From the NCBI GenBank assembly GCA_951406725.2, contig OX597820.1:28086001-28150000 (forward strand): 64,000 nt of DNA, in the 5' to 3' direction. A program made the translations under genes and the position numbers. Positions 27,709 to 41,871 of the stretch are shown here, one piece after another. How positions within the stretch are numbered: position 1 is the stretch's first letter; the number at the start of each line of letters is the position of its first letter. Source of the DNA: Octopus vulgaris (lineage: Eukaryota). Below the pieces are notes generated by a model that had not been told where the DNA came from, did no database searches, and was given only the letters and a program-made list of their open reading frames with translations.

Positions 27709-28268
27709 TGAGTGAGAGAGCAGTGCATGCCATCAAAGAGACACTGGGGTAAAATATACGAAGCCCAATATACCCATTCTGACTACCCGTCTGATACGGG
27801 TACACTAGGCACATGCATCACAATCTTATGTGCGTGACATGGTGATCTCATATCAAGATAAACAGCACAGGACCTTAAAGGTGGGGTCCAGTTAGAATTT
27901 TCTTCTGGTCGAGTAAAACCATCCTGCTCAAAAGGTTCCTGGATATGGGTTGTTGAAGGATGTTGAACGAAACACCCATGTTTCCAGAGGTGTATTATCC
28001 AAACCTCAAAGAATCCCTCCCAAAGTATGGCTATGATGCTCTCCCACTACTTCTGCTTGTGATCAGAGATGAACATATCGTCAGCCACTACGGGACATGT
28101 TCAACTGGGTAAGGTCAAATAATTGGCAAGCAAATCTGTGGTATTGAGCAGAATATTTGCTGTAGCCCATCTTTTATACCAAGACAAAACAATGTACATG
28201 ATAACACTTCCAATCAGTTAAGATCAGAAGCTATGAGAGCCACCGCCTGGTACTGCCTCGGGGCATTT
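27709..28268. mobile_element. About 560-bp non-coding element inserted in (ATT)n
   Basis: Higher-GC complex sequence bounded by (ATT)n on both sides; no ORF. Class unresolved. Confidence 0.55.
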
Positions 28269-28286
28269 ATTATTATTATTATTATT

Positions 28287-28931
<645 letters not shown>

Positions 28932-29117
28932 AATAAGTGTTGAAAACAAAAAGCTTCGAATTTATAGAACATAAAGCAATTAAGTGTATCAGCAAATGAT
29001 AAAAATCACAACGGCATAATATGATATTAAACCTGAAGCAAAGCACTCTTAGTTTACCATTTTTTCATCTCCTTCTCTTTTTGTCTCTTTCTCTTCAAAT
29101 TCTGTCGCTCCCGCCTT

Positions 29118-29154
<37 letters not shown>

Positions 29155-29169
29155 TCATACAAGGATACA

Positions 29170-29206
<37 letters not shown>

Positions 29207-29489
29207 ATTCAGCAGTTATACAGAGTATTTAAGTATGTATATCTATCTAGCCCTTTGAGAGTATAATGTAAAATGTAAAGTAAGAGAGGTGGAGACATAT
29301 GTATAACTGAAGGAATCAGTAAAAAAATATTGATAAAGAAAGAAAAAACATTAAATATACTGGGCAAATATGTGATTGTACATTTTATCTCCTGGTCTTA
29401 CTTTCCAAAATAATTCCGATTTTGATATTCTTCTTCTTTACAATATTTTCATTAAGTTTTAAGCCTATGCATCCTTTTTGCTTCTTACC

Positions 29490-29561
<72 letters not shown>

Positions 29562-30374
29562 CATATATATATATATATGTATGTATGTATATGTATGTAT
29601 ATGTATGTATATGTATGTATATATATATATATATATATATACATATATTCATTTCAACTCTATTGTAGATAAAACTTTAAATTACTTATTTCCGACGTAG
29701 CAAAGATAGGCAAGATAAATAAAGAAATAAAGATAAATAAAGTAGGAAAAGAATGAAAACAGAAAGAAAGAAAAGAACAAAGGAAGAAAGAACCTCAAAT
29801 GTTTCCATCAGCTTTCATTTTTTTTTACTATTTTTAATATTTGTATTTTCGTTATTTTTTTCTGTTACTACTTATTTGTGAGTTTCATATCATTCTTCGT
29901 ACAAAGGACACACGCAATGGGACGCAAATACACACACACACTTACACATATATATATGCACAACACATAAGTATATATTATTTATATATCCATCAATAAA
30001 GAAAACTTTTTGAATCTATACTTTTTTTCCCTTTAAACTCTCATCCCACAATAATTCCATTCACTTTCAACTTTTTCCTTCGTTCAGATTTCCCGTCAGT
30101 TTCTTTGTATGTATTTAGCCGTGAGAATATACGGGATATACATTTCCTTCCTTAGTTCAGATTATGTTGCTTGTAAATCTCCAATTGAATGCCGAACGCA
30201 CCTTCAAGCCAGTTTATTTTTATATTTAAAATATGTAGGGATTCATACTAAATCATCCCCAATCACAAATACATACATACATACATACTTACGTACAGAC
30301 ACTCATACATATATTTAAAAAAGAGAAAAACGTACATACATAGATCTAGAGATAAACATATCATCTCCCTCTCT

Positions 30375-30425
<51 letters not shown>

Positions 30426-30588
30426 TATATATGCACATATGTATATATATATGATATATATATGATATATATATATTTATATATTTATGTATATATATTT
30501 ATATATATATATATATATCCATACATGTGATCTGTACACACCCACCCACTCATATATATATATATATATATATATCTATATCTATCTA

Positions 30589-30707
<119 letters not shown>

Positions 30708-31253
30708 GGATGGATGGATGGAGGGATGGATGGATGGATAGATAGATAGATAGATAGATTGATTGATAGATAGATAAATGGATAATAGATAGAAAGATTG
30801 ATAGAGAGGGTTCGATATACAGTTTGAAGAAATAATAAAATACGAGAGTAAATTTATATGATAAAGAGAAGACAATCAAATAATCAATTGTATCAGACAA
30901 GTGAAAATAGGTGACAGAAAAACGCATAGAAATACACAACAAAATAACACAATCACTACAATAACGTTTAAAAGACTCATGTAAAAATAGAAGACAATGT
31001 AGAGCTTCGGGTGTGTGTGTGTGTGTGTACTTTGACTAAATAGACCGAATTAAGTACCTACATAGAAATGAAATCTGAGAATCATTGTCTCAATATTTAA
31101 TAGCGCAAAATCTATTTCATTCGGAGGTCAAACCCCTTAAACCGATTCTGAACTCATTTTAATCAGTCTTCAAAAACGACCACAAGTTCATTTATATACA
31201 CGTTGTAATTAGTTGTTTTCTCTCCAAATTATGAACAGTCTTTATCACTCAGT

Positions 31254-31518
31254 GCGGAGGCGCAATGGCCCAGTGGCCAGGGCAGCGAACTCGAGGTCGG
31301 AGGATCGTGGTTTCGATTCCCAGACCGGGCGTTGTATGTGTTTATTGGGCGAAAACACGTATAAGCCACAACTTTTTCTCTCTTCCTGTTTCTTGAGTAA
31401 CGCTGCGATGAACTGGCGTCCCGTCCAGCTGGGGGTGGGGGGCACATACGCCACAGAAACCGGGAAACCGGGCCCATGAGACGTGCTAGGCTTGAAAAGG
31501 GCGACGTTTATCGTTTTT
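31254..31518 (+). mobile_element. tRNA-derived SINE with Meta-domain-like core and 13-bp TSD
   Basis: A box tggcccagtgg, B box gtttcgattccc, core ctgcgatgaactggcgtcccgtccag...cagaaaccggga. TSD tttatcactcagt at 31241-31253 and 31519-31531. Confidence 0.85.
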
Positions 31519-32682
31519 TTTATCACTCAGTACTGGATAAATATATTTTACAGCGATTAAGAAAAGGTGTCTACATTTTCTACACATTAATGCATGTAAT
31601 AACACATTATGTTGCAATTCATGAAAAGTTCTTCGAAGCGTGATAATTATTTACAGATTAACTTAAAGAGCACATCAACTACAGCTCTTGATTCCTGGTC
31701 GTTTTGAAGTACTAACATGCATATGAATTGTAGAGATAAAATCATGGTGTTATTGTTTATTCAAAGAGCAATGATTGTTTCCAATTTATTTACAAAGACG
31801 TCAGTGTTTGAGGTCATTCGATTTCATCAAGCAAGCACTTAATTTCCACCTTATTATAATGTTCTCGGAGGCATGAAAGCAATTTTGATCTTCTCAGGCC
31901 TTGAAATTAGTGCACAAAGAGTCAGAAACTATAACACAAAAAGCATTTTCAATATTCTGACGATAATCACAATCAATTAATTCTGTCCTTACTATTTCTG
32001 ATTTAGGCGCAAGGATATGAGGGAGATAGTCGTTGCTATTGCTTTCAGTGCGTGATTAATACTTTATTTCCTCGACCGTAAAGGGATAAAAGACTAAGTT
32101 GAACTCTGCAGGACTTGAAATCTGCACCTAAATAATAATAAGATGTATGGAAAGATACTTTTCTTAACGTTCTAACTACTCTTCAAATTCAAAGACATTA
32201 TTCATGGACTCATAATTCTGTTTGCTATAGATACGAGCCAGAAAATTTGTGGACGACAGCTAGTCGACAATATAAACCCTACAGTTGAAATGGGTTTTAT
32301 TTTATCGACCTTGAAAGTAGGAAAGATAAAAAATCGAGCTGGGCGGAATTTGAACACAGAACGTGAGGATCAAAAAGAAATGCTGAAAACGCATTTTGTT
32401 TCGCTACGTAATGATCCTGCCAGTTCGCCACCTTGTCTATGGAATCATATTCTCAATGTAAACAAACGTGAATTGTAAAGCAGCCTAAATATGCATTCAA
32501 ATGTCTTTAAAAAACAAGGTTTACCAAATACTTTTTTAAAGATGAAATCTTGCTTACTTTACTTTTATACTTTGTGTAATCATGTTCAGGTTGGTTTCTT
32601 TAATATGGTTTCTTTTATTTTTCCTATTTTGTTTTTGTGATTCTCAGCATGTAAACATCATCTCAGTATTTTACATCCTTTA

Positions 32683-32973
32683 AGGCGTTGATCTAGCAGA
32701 ATCGTTATCACGCCGGGCAAAAACGTTTACTCTTTTACTATTATACTTGTTTCAGTCATTTGACTGTGGCCATGCTGGAGTACCGCCTTTAGTCGAGCAA
32801 ATCGCCCCCAGAGCTTATTCTTTGTAAGCCTAGTACTTATTCTATCGGTCTCTTAAGCCGAACCGCTAAGTTACGGGGACGTAACACACCAGCATCTGTT
32901 GTCAAGCGATGTTGGGGGGATAAAACAGACACACAAACGTATACATACACACACACATATATTTATATATATA

Positions 32974-33012
<39 letters not shown>

Positions 33013-33330
33013 CGGGCTTCTTTCAGTTTCCGTCTACGAAATCCACTCACAAGGCTTTGGTCGCCCCAAGGCTATAGTAGAAGACACTTGCACAAGTTGG
33101 CACGCAGTGGGACTGAACCGGGAACCATGTTGTTGGTAAGCAACCTACTTACCACACAGCCACCTCCTACGCCTATACCAGCATTTCGTTCATCTTTACG
33201 TCCTGAGTATATATTCCACCGAGGTCGACTTTGCTTTTCATTTTTTTTTGGGGGGGGTCAATAAAATAAGTAGTAATGAGTCGATGAAATTTACCTAAAC
33301 ATTTCCTCGAAATATCTATCCTTGTGCCAA
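32683..33330. mobile_element. SINE family 2 (minus, about 32730-33176) nested inside an older family 1 SINE (plus)
   Basis: Family 1 head stops at about 32729 and resumes at about 33177 (gcatttcgtt...ccgaggtcgactttgc). Confidence 0.85.
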
Positions 33331-36300
33331 ATTTTCAAAACAGTACTTTATATTTCTCATACATTTATATTAGAAACAGGCTTGAGAAAACAGAATTACG
33401 ACAGTTTACCAACGAAACATTACGCTGAATATTTAAGTAGGGATGCTCATATATTGACGGTGCTTCATTATAGCAGGCTGTTTCTTGAAAACCGTGGCTC
33501 ACACCATCATATTATACATTATACTAAATGTATACTCCTATATTGTACAGTATAGACGCAGAATATGTTCACATTCAAGTCTTTCCCATGAACATACGTG
33601 AATATTAAAATATACATAAAACAATGAACAAAGACTAACTTAATTAATTTTAGATGAAGCACCTCGCTAATCGTTTGATAAATGTATTAATTAGGAGACA
33701 TCAAACTAATTAGTTCAATGTCCATAAATAATATATTAATTATTCAGTTGTTATTCAACTAGAAATTACAGTACCAATTATATTGCTTTCAAAATGTGCC
33801 ATTTTAATGAGAGAAACTTTATTTGCAGTACACGTAATTTGGAAAATGATATTATGGAGCATTTCGACTTTCAATATTCTAATGTCGATATTCATATCAC
33901 TGGGATTAATTTTCTTCTCACAAATATTCAGTGAAAACTTTAATAATAGTCAAAATACACATGCCTGTTTAGTGATGGCATACGCCGATGTTGTATATCG
34001 CATATTAATCATCATACTTTAGTTCCGCCAATGTTCATTATATATTATGTTGTCCGTGGCAAAGCCGAAGGTCATAATCTACAAAATATCATTGTGATTC
34101 TCAAGAATGCTCTCCCCTACATAATTCATGTTAGTATTTTCTGTGTTTATACAATTTATTTCTAGTATGGCTTTATAAGAGCTTACAAAAAGTAACACCG
34201 ATTAGAGTATACAAACGAGCGAATAGTAAATATAGTACTGTGTAACTGGGGGATATCTACTGCTGTAATTACACTAATGATGCAACAGTTTGATATAATG
34301 CTACTAACAAATAAAGCGGCTTAATGATTTGAATAATAAACTATATTGTGATGAGTTAGTCTTGAAGTGTTTACCAGCGTTTCTGAAAATGTCTACATTT
34401 CTCTTTTGAGCTAGTTATCAATCAATGATTTTTGTGAATGTAGGGGATTCACAAATATGTAGAATACTGTACAAAAGTAGTTCGTGGAATTTCGGAACAT
34501 ATATTTGGAAAACCACCTCACTTCCCATCTAGGCCTTTTTCACCTTTTTCTCCATCATGACTCGACGGAAACATTTTCAGTCTAACAATGGTGATGATAT
34601 AATTTAAAACCATTTGCTTCCACCAAACTATGTGGACTTGTGCCATAGTCTAAATATTATATAGGATGAATGACCTAGCAGCTGTAAACTTAAGTATATA
34701 GTGGAAGAATAAATAGATGAGTTTAGTTTAAATTACATTTATATACAGTTTAATAAAATGTATATTTTGTTCTGAAAATTATATGAAAATAACATTTGCA
34801 CAGCCATACACAGATATGATTCTATCTTTTATTATATTTATACATCTAAATGCGACATACGGCTGAATGCCATTTATATATAGTTTAATAGAATATATGT
34901 TATATGCTAGACTAGCACAGTTAGACAGATATTATTTTATCTTTCATTATGAGTATACGTTTATCTTTCCTCTTATTTATCGATTGAATTTTTGACTATA
35001 TTTCATTGTTTCTTTGAGCTACTTCGATCGATAACCCTCTTTGCTACCTTTCCTATTCGTTTCTGACATATTCGCATGAACATTCTGCTCTATTACAAGC
35101 AAAGTTCTCAGTTAGCGTTATTTTTGTTCTGTTGTTGATACTGACCTTCGGATCAGTAGCAAAATCTTTTCATTTCTAACTCGATCCATCTAAGAAAATG
35201 CCCTTTCATTTAAATATTTTAAATTTCTATGTGTATGAGTCCGATATCTGTAGACCTATGAAAGCTGGTTTAATTTAATTATCTTTTAATCACGAAGATA
35301 TACGTCTAAAGAGTCATACAGCTGTATGAAGTCCTGACCTTTATTTGTCTAAGAACATTTTATGTCTAGGCTGTTGTCTCAAAGAATAGGTATTGTTAAA
35401 CTGCGTACTGCTTTCGTATGCTTGGATGCATTTAACCTAGAGTCCCAGACTATGTAAAATGCTTGTGGAGACATCATTCTTTGTCCATCAAACTATACTT
35501 TTATATCCGATAGGCAGTAATAGCAGTGTAGAGTTTACGGGAATATGTTGGTTATATTTCTAAAGTGCTCCGAATTTATGTTTGATCTGTTGTTCGATAA
35601 TAGATCTGACATAAATATGGAGGAATTTAGATCAGACAGATTATAATGCAGTAACTAATAGTTTAGGTCCTAATATAATGCGATTTTTGTTACCTTAGTA
35701 TCACTTCAATAAACTGCCTTAACCCAAGCAATATAATCTTTGAAGCATAATTGAGGTTGATTACTATTGATTAGTGTTTAAACTAAAATACTATGTTTTG
35801 CATATATTACCATACGTCCATATATTTCTCTATTTGCAAAGCTATCTTCTAAAGATGTACGTTCTTGTCATATGTGACAGACCCGTTAATTTTCACGTTG
35901 GAGAGATATCAGTTTAGTATTCACTTAGCGTGATGCTTTATCACACGTGATGTTAGGTAATTCTTAATGGCCTTGTATTCACTGCAGGGATTATTACAAA
36001 CGTCGGTAGTACGTTATATGAATAAATGATTGATATTTGACCAAGTAACTGATTCTCTTGAACTCTATAATTTCGGAAAATTGTACAAAAGCTGAGTGTC
36101 ATTATAGATGCTATAGACGAAACCAAAATAGTCAACAGGTGTACCAGGTCCTGTTGCCATAGCTTAGATGCAGTTCACAATAGAATTTCTACAAATACTT
36201 TTGTATGACTTCTGATATTTAGTTTGGGAAGAGAACATGTATCATTAATTTCGTTTTTGTATTACTAAGGTATTTGAGAACAAGATCTGTTCATGAAGCA

Positions 36301-36850
36301 AATATTGTTACTGGATATTATTCACTATTGGATCACTTTCACATATTAAATCCACGTTTCGACCTTTCATTTACGTACTCTTTTGTCTTACAGTAATATG
36401 TATTCTCATATGTAATCAATCTAAGTTAAAAAAAAACAATCTTAATGTTGTATCTTTTGTATGCTCATCTATCACATATAATTTACACTGTGTCACATTT
36501 CGTTTATATGACTCGTCTAGTGTGTTTCTCTGAGGGATTTTTATTAGAGTTCAAACATCTCATGGTCTTAGCACAGCAGCTAGGAAGAGATTTATAGACG
36601 TATACAACCCATCTATACCATTGTTGCTCAACGCAACGTGAGCTAACTATTCCGTAGTGTTGAAAAACTACTCATAACAGATGTTGTAACCTAGCAGAAG
36701 ACAAAGACCACACAAGTACAATAAATACATGTCAGAGACACCTACATGAAAATGCGAACCCACTGAAGCTAATGAGAAAAGACACCGATGACTATCCCCC
36801 AGGGATAACCTTATGAAGTGCATCTTAGTTCTGGTCACTTGAAGTAGGGC

Positions 36851-36936
36851 AAGAAGAAGAAGAAGAAGAAGAAGAAGAAGAAGAAGAAGAAGAAGAAGAA
36901 GAAGAAGAAGAAGAAGAAGAAGAAGAAGAAGAAGAA
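36851..36936. repeat. (AAG)n microsatellite
   Basis: Seen directly. Confidence 0.98.
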
Positions 36937-37407
36937 AAGGAAAACGATGAAGATGAAGGAGGATGATAACAAATTTTCCAAGACAGATTATTAAGTTTAT
37001 TTTAAGAAAATCACTCGTAATTCACCTAAAACTTCACTGTATGTTACGAATTTAAAGAATATATTTCTCATTATTTATAGTTCCCTAGCTAGCCTCGTGC
37101 CGTCAAAAATGATGGATAATTGTAGTAATTTATATATAAATATGGATGGTAAATCAAATTAATACGCTTGTCAATGTTCACATACATTCATGTACTTCCT
37201 TTGTGCATGTACAAAGATACACACATACACGAAACACAGAGTTGAAACCTAATTTTGATTTTTCTTTTCTGCGTTGAATATTTTCACCATCCCACTTAAC
37301 AAGTTTGTCATTACCCCTTCCTTCCTTATTTATCTATCACCTCTTCTTTTCTCAATCATATGTTGTGACGGAGTAACACACAAGGGTATCATTATAGTAG
37401 ATATTTT

Positions 37408-38178
37408 CAGGCGGCGAGCTGGCAGAAACGTTACCACGCCGGGCGAAATGCTTAGCTGTATTTCGTCCGCCGCTGTGTTCTGAGTTCAAATTCCGCCGAG
37501 GTCGACTTTAACTTTCATCCTTTCGGGGTCGATAAATTAAGTACCAGTGACGCACTGGGGTCGATACAACCGACTTAATCCGTTTGTCTGTCCTTTTTTG
37601 TCCTCTCTGTGTTAAGCGCGTTGTGGGTAGTAAAGAAATAGGTATTTCGTCTGCCGTTACGTTCTGAGTTCAAATTCCGCCTAGGTCGACTTTGCGTTGC
37701 ATCCTTTCGGGGTCGATAAAATAAGTACCAGTTACGCACTAATGTCCATATAATCAACTTAATCCGTTTGTCTGTCCTTGTTTGTTCCCTCTCTATGTAG
37801 ACCCTGTGGGCAGTAAAGAAATCAGAAACGTTAATACACCGGGCGAAATGCTTAGCGGTAGTTCGTCTGCCGCTACGTTCTGAGTTCAAATTCCGCCGAG
37901 GTCGACTTTGCCTTTCATCCTTGCGGGGTCGATAAATTAATTACCAGTTACGCACTGGCGGTCGATGTAATCGACTTAATACCTATGTCTGTCCTTGTTT
38001 GTCCCCTCTGTGTTTAGCCCCTTGTGGGTAGTAAAGAAATAGGTATTTCAACTGTCTTTACGTTCTGAGTCGACTTTTCCTTTCATCCTTTCAGGGTCGA
38101 TAAATTAAGTACCGAGATCAATCTATTTGACTGACGCCCTCCCCCCAAATTTCAGGCCTTGTGCCTAGAATACAAAAT
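37408..38178 (+). mobile_element. Tetrameric family 1 SINE array with 17-bp TSD
   Basis: Four head-to-tail units. TSD attatagtagatatttt at 37391-37407 and 38179-38195. Confidence 0.9.
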
Positions 38179-38549
38179 ATTATAGTAGATATTTTAATTC
38201 CTAGTTACAGTGAGTGCGGATCTTTTTTTTTTTTTTTGAACATCCAGCGATCACAGAGACAACACAGAAAGTTATCTTTAGATGCAAGTACTGATTAATA
38301 GAAATAATGGCTACATAGACCTAGTACGCACAAGGTACTTATTTATTCGAGCCCTTAATGTATGAAAGGAAGAATGCACTTTGGCAGAAATTGTACGGCA
38401 AGGCGGACGAAATGCCGCTAAACATTTTGACCGGCGTTTTAACAATTGTGCTTGCTCGCATTTATATATAATATAAATGTGACCTCGTGTGTACCGTTGG
38501 CGATTTTTTTTCCTCTGTCTTCCCTTCTCTGGATCTTTCCTTCTCCTAT

Positions 38550-38584
38550 GTTTCCGACGAAGGGCTCCGCTCGAAACGTTAAAC
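38550..38584 (+). ncRNA. Minimal type I hammerhead-like motif inside a pLTR-like repeat (about 38475-38690)
   Basis: GUUU-CCGACGA-a-GGGC(ucc)GCUC-GAAA-CGU-U-AAAC. Stem III is only the palindrome ACGU; U4 is C. Confidence 0.7.
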
Positions 38585-38740
38585 CCTCCTTCTTCCCTTC
38601 TTTCCTGAGCGTCCAATAATACTATATCTGTTCCACGTCCTCGCGTTGTTGTGTCTTTTTTTTGTGTTTTCTTGTTTGGATTAACTATATATGTATATAT
38701 ATATGTATGTGTGAGTATGTGTGTCCATGTATATATATGC

Positions 38741-38811
<71 letters not shown>

Positions 38812-38951
38812 GGAGGTATTTGGGTGTGTGTGTATGCTTATTTTTAACAGGAATATATTTACGTTTATATTCTTTCACACTTTCACTCTTTTTGTCTTTT
38901 TCTTTGACTTACTGTTATATGCGATACTTATCCATAGATTTTTTTATATAA

Positions 38952-39095
38952 CAACCACATAGTTCCGGACTCATTCCCACTACGTGGCACCTTGGGCCAG
39001 TGTCTTCTGCTATAGCCTCGGACCGACCAAAGCCTTGTGAGTGGATTTGATAGACAGAAACTGAAAGAAGCCTGTCGTATATATGTTTGTATGTA

Positions 39096-39170
<75 letters not shown>

Positions 39171-39362
39171 GAGTGTATATGTTTGTGTGTCTGTGTCTAT
39201 CCCCCCAACATCGCTTGACAACCGATGCTGGTGTGTTTACGTCCCCATAATTTAGCGGTGCGGCAAAAGGGATCGCTAGAATAAGTCCGGGGATCGATTT
39301 GCTCGACTAAAGGTGGTGCTCCAGCATGGCCACAGTCAAATGACTGAAACAAATAAAAGAGT
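38952..39362 (+). mobile_element. SINE family 2 with expanded internal (TA)n
   Basis: Family match on both sides of the microsatellite at 39078-39180. Confidence 0.88.
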
Positions 39363-40214
39363 ATATGTATGTATGTATGTATGTATATGTGAGTGTGTAA
39401 GCGCACATGTATATGTGTGTGTATGTGCTTCTTTTTAATGGGAAGATATTTACGTTTATATTTCTTTTCCACGTTCATTCTTTTTGTGTCTTTTTTCTTT
39501 CATTTACTGTTATACACGATATTTATCCATAGATATTTTTGATATTACATATCACATTCATGTATTATTTCGTAATACACATTTATATTACATGCCCTTG
39601 GCATTCTCGAAATCCACTTTATCATATAATGAATAATATTTCCGCTCCTGTTTGTCTGTTGAATAATGGAATCTGTCGGATTTTTTTTTCTGAATAGTTA
39701 CATCAAGAATCTATAGATCCGCTTAAATACAAAGATACAAAAACATCATCACATATTCAAGTAATAAAATCACCGCATAGCATGCCGTTAGATTTTGTTG
39801 GGTCAAGCAACTTAGACTGGAATAAAGCTTACATTGCGGTGCCAACTTCTGACATCTCTGGTATATTTTTTTCATGCGTATTGTATTTTTAACTTTGATC
39901 GGACGAATATATTTATAAAGAAAAAGTACATTAATTACCAAATCTCGTAATTGAACTTTTTCTCCATAATATCTCCCGCCCTGACATCCTGACTATTTTT
40001 TTTTATCTAACAAAAAAAAAAAAGATAAAACATCTAGAGAGATTTCGTGACTGCAGAGTATGTCCTCGCATCATGACAGATTTGTACTATAAGATCGTTA
40101 TCTATTTTGAGTTTGTGGAGATTAATTGAGCATTTTATCCACAATGCGTTGCTATGACCAACACCACTACCATTACCACAACCACCACCATTATCATCAT
40201 AATCATCATCATCG

Positions 40215-40274
<60 letters not shown>

Positions 40275-40401
40275 CAACCCTGATTGTGCTGGTCATCAAC
40301 ATGAAGGACATCATTTCCATCATTAACAATTCTACATTCTTTCCTGTATTATCTTTCATAATTATCAACATCACCATCATAGTTAAAAGAATACAAGTAT
40401 A

Positions 40402-41036
40402 AGGTGGCGAGCTGGCAGAATCGTTAGCACGCCGTGCGAAATGCTTAGCATTATTTCGTCTGCCGTTACGTTCTGAGTTCAAATTCCGCCGAAGTCGACT
40501 TTGCCTTTCATCCTTTCGGGGTCGATTAAATAAGTACCAGTCACACACTGGGGTCGATATAAATGACTTAATCCGTTTGTCTGTCCTTGTTTGTTCTCTC
40601 TGTGTTTAGCCCCTTGTTGGTAGTAAAGAAATAGGTATTTCGTCTGCCGTTACGTTCTGAGTTCAAATTCCGCCGAGGTCGACTTTGCCTTTCATTATTT
40701 CGGGTTCGATTAAATAAGTACCAGTTACGCACTGGAGTCGATATAATCGACTTAATCCGTTTGCTTGTCCTTGTTTGTCCTGTCTGTGTGTAGTCCCTTG
40801 TGGGCAATAAATAAATAAGAAACGTTAGCACGCTGGGCGAAACGCTCAGCAGTATTTCGTCTGCTGTCACGTTCTGAGTTCAAATTTCGCCGAGGTCGAC
40901 ACTGCCTTTTATCCTTTTGGAATCAATTAAAGAAGCACCAGCTACGCACTGGAGAGTAAATGTAATCGACTTAATCCCTTTGTTTGTCCTTGTTTATCCC
41001 CTCTATGTTTAGCCCCCTTTGGGTAATAAAGAAATC
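40402..41036 (+). mobile_element. Trimeric family 1 SINE array with 12-bp TSD
   Basis: Three units. TSD aatacaagtata at 40390-40401 and 41037-41048. Confidence 0.9.
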
Positions 41037-41458
41037 AATACAAGTATATCTAGGAGTAAACACCATATTTCATATAATATTACACCATTACACTTAGACT
41101 CTTATTTCAGTAGTGCAGTTGTGTGCATTCCTGTTGTTTTTATTGTGGCTTAGCTCGTGGTACGTCCTGATAATGCAGACATACGAATAAAAGCGCCCAG
41201 TGAGGATCATCCGGTTTAATTTATTTTCATAAATACTCCATCTTGGATTTTATTCAGTATGTCATTTATTATTTTATGCCGTTCCGTGTGGTATGAGTAA
41301 TATTTGGTAGCAGTCTCTAGCGGATCAATTGGGTATCGCCATTGTCACGCCTTTGAAAGACATAGAAACTGCTTGGTCTTTGTAAGTAGTGCAATGAATT
41401 TAACTATTTATTACCGAACCATTTTCATTCTCACATAATATATTCTATGTATGGTTAC

Positions 41459-41871
41459 GTTATAGGTAGTGGGTAGCCATTTTCTTTACTACTTCAGGGA
41501 GTGACGACTCTGCCTGACACTTGTCCCGGGCTCCGGCTGACAGTGCCCGGTATGGGCCCCTATCCGGGGTTGCGGAAAGGAGAAAACCTTCAAACAAATC
41601 CGGAGTGGAACCCCGTAAGTGGTTTAGTGTTCGACTCGACACTCTTCCCGCAGCTCCTGAAACCAAGCTGGTGCCAAACGTAATGCTGCTCTACACTCCT
41701 TTGGACTACATCAGCAAGGTCGAGAGAGGATTTCTGACGATTGGGCTACCCAGGATTTTCTTACATCTAGCCCAGGCCTGCGCAAAACTGGAGAGGACAT
41801 GAACTGTAAAAACCAAACTGGATTAGTTTATGCGAAACTCCATTGTCTCCCGAGAAAGAAGGATGCCAACA
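41459..41871 (+). mobile_element. GC-rich non-autonomous non-LTR element, possibly RTE-derived
   Basis: Sharp GC rise and flanking direct repeat atggttac (41451-41458, 41872-41879). No credible ORF; the clade is a guess. Confidence 0.5.
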
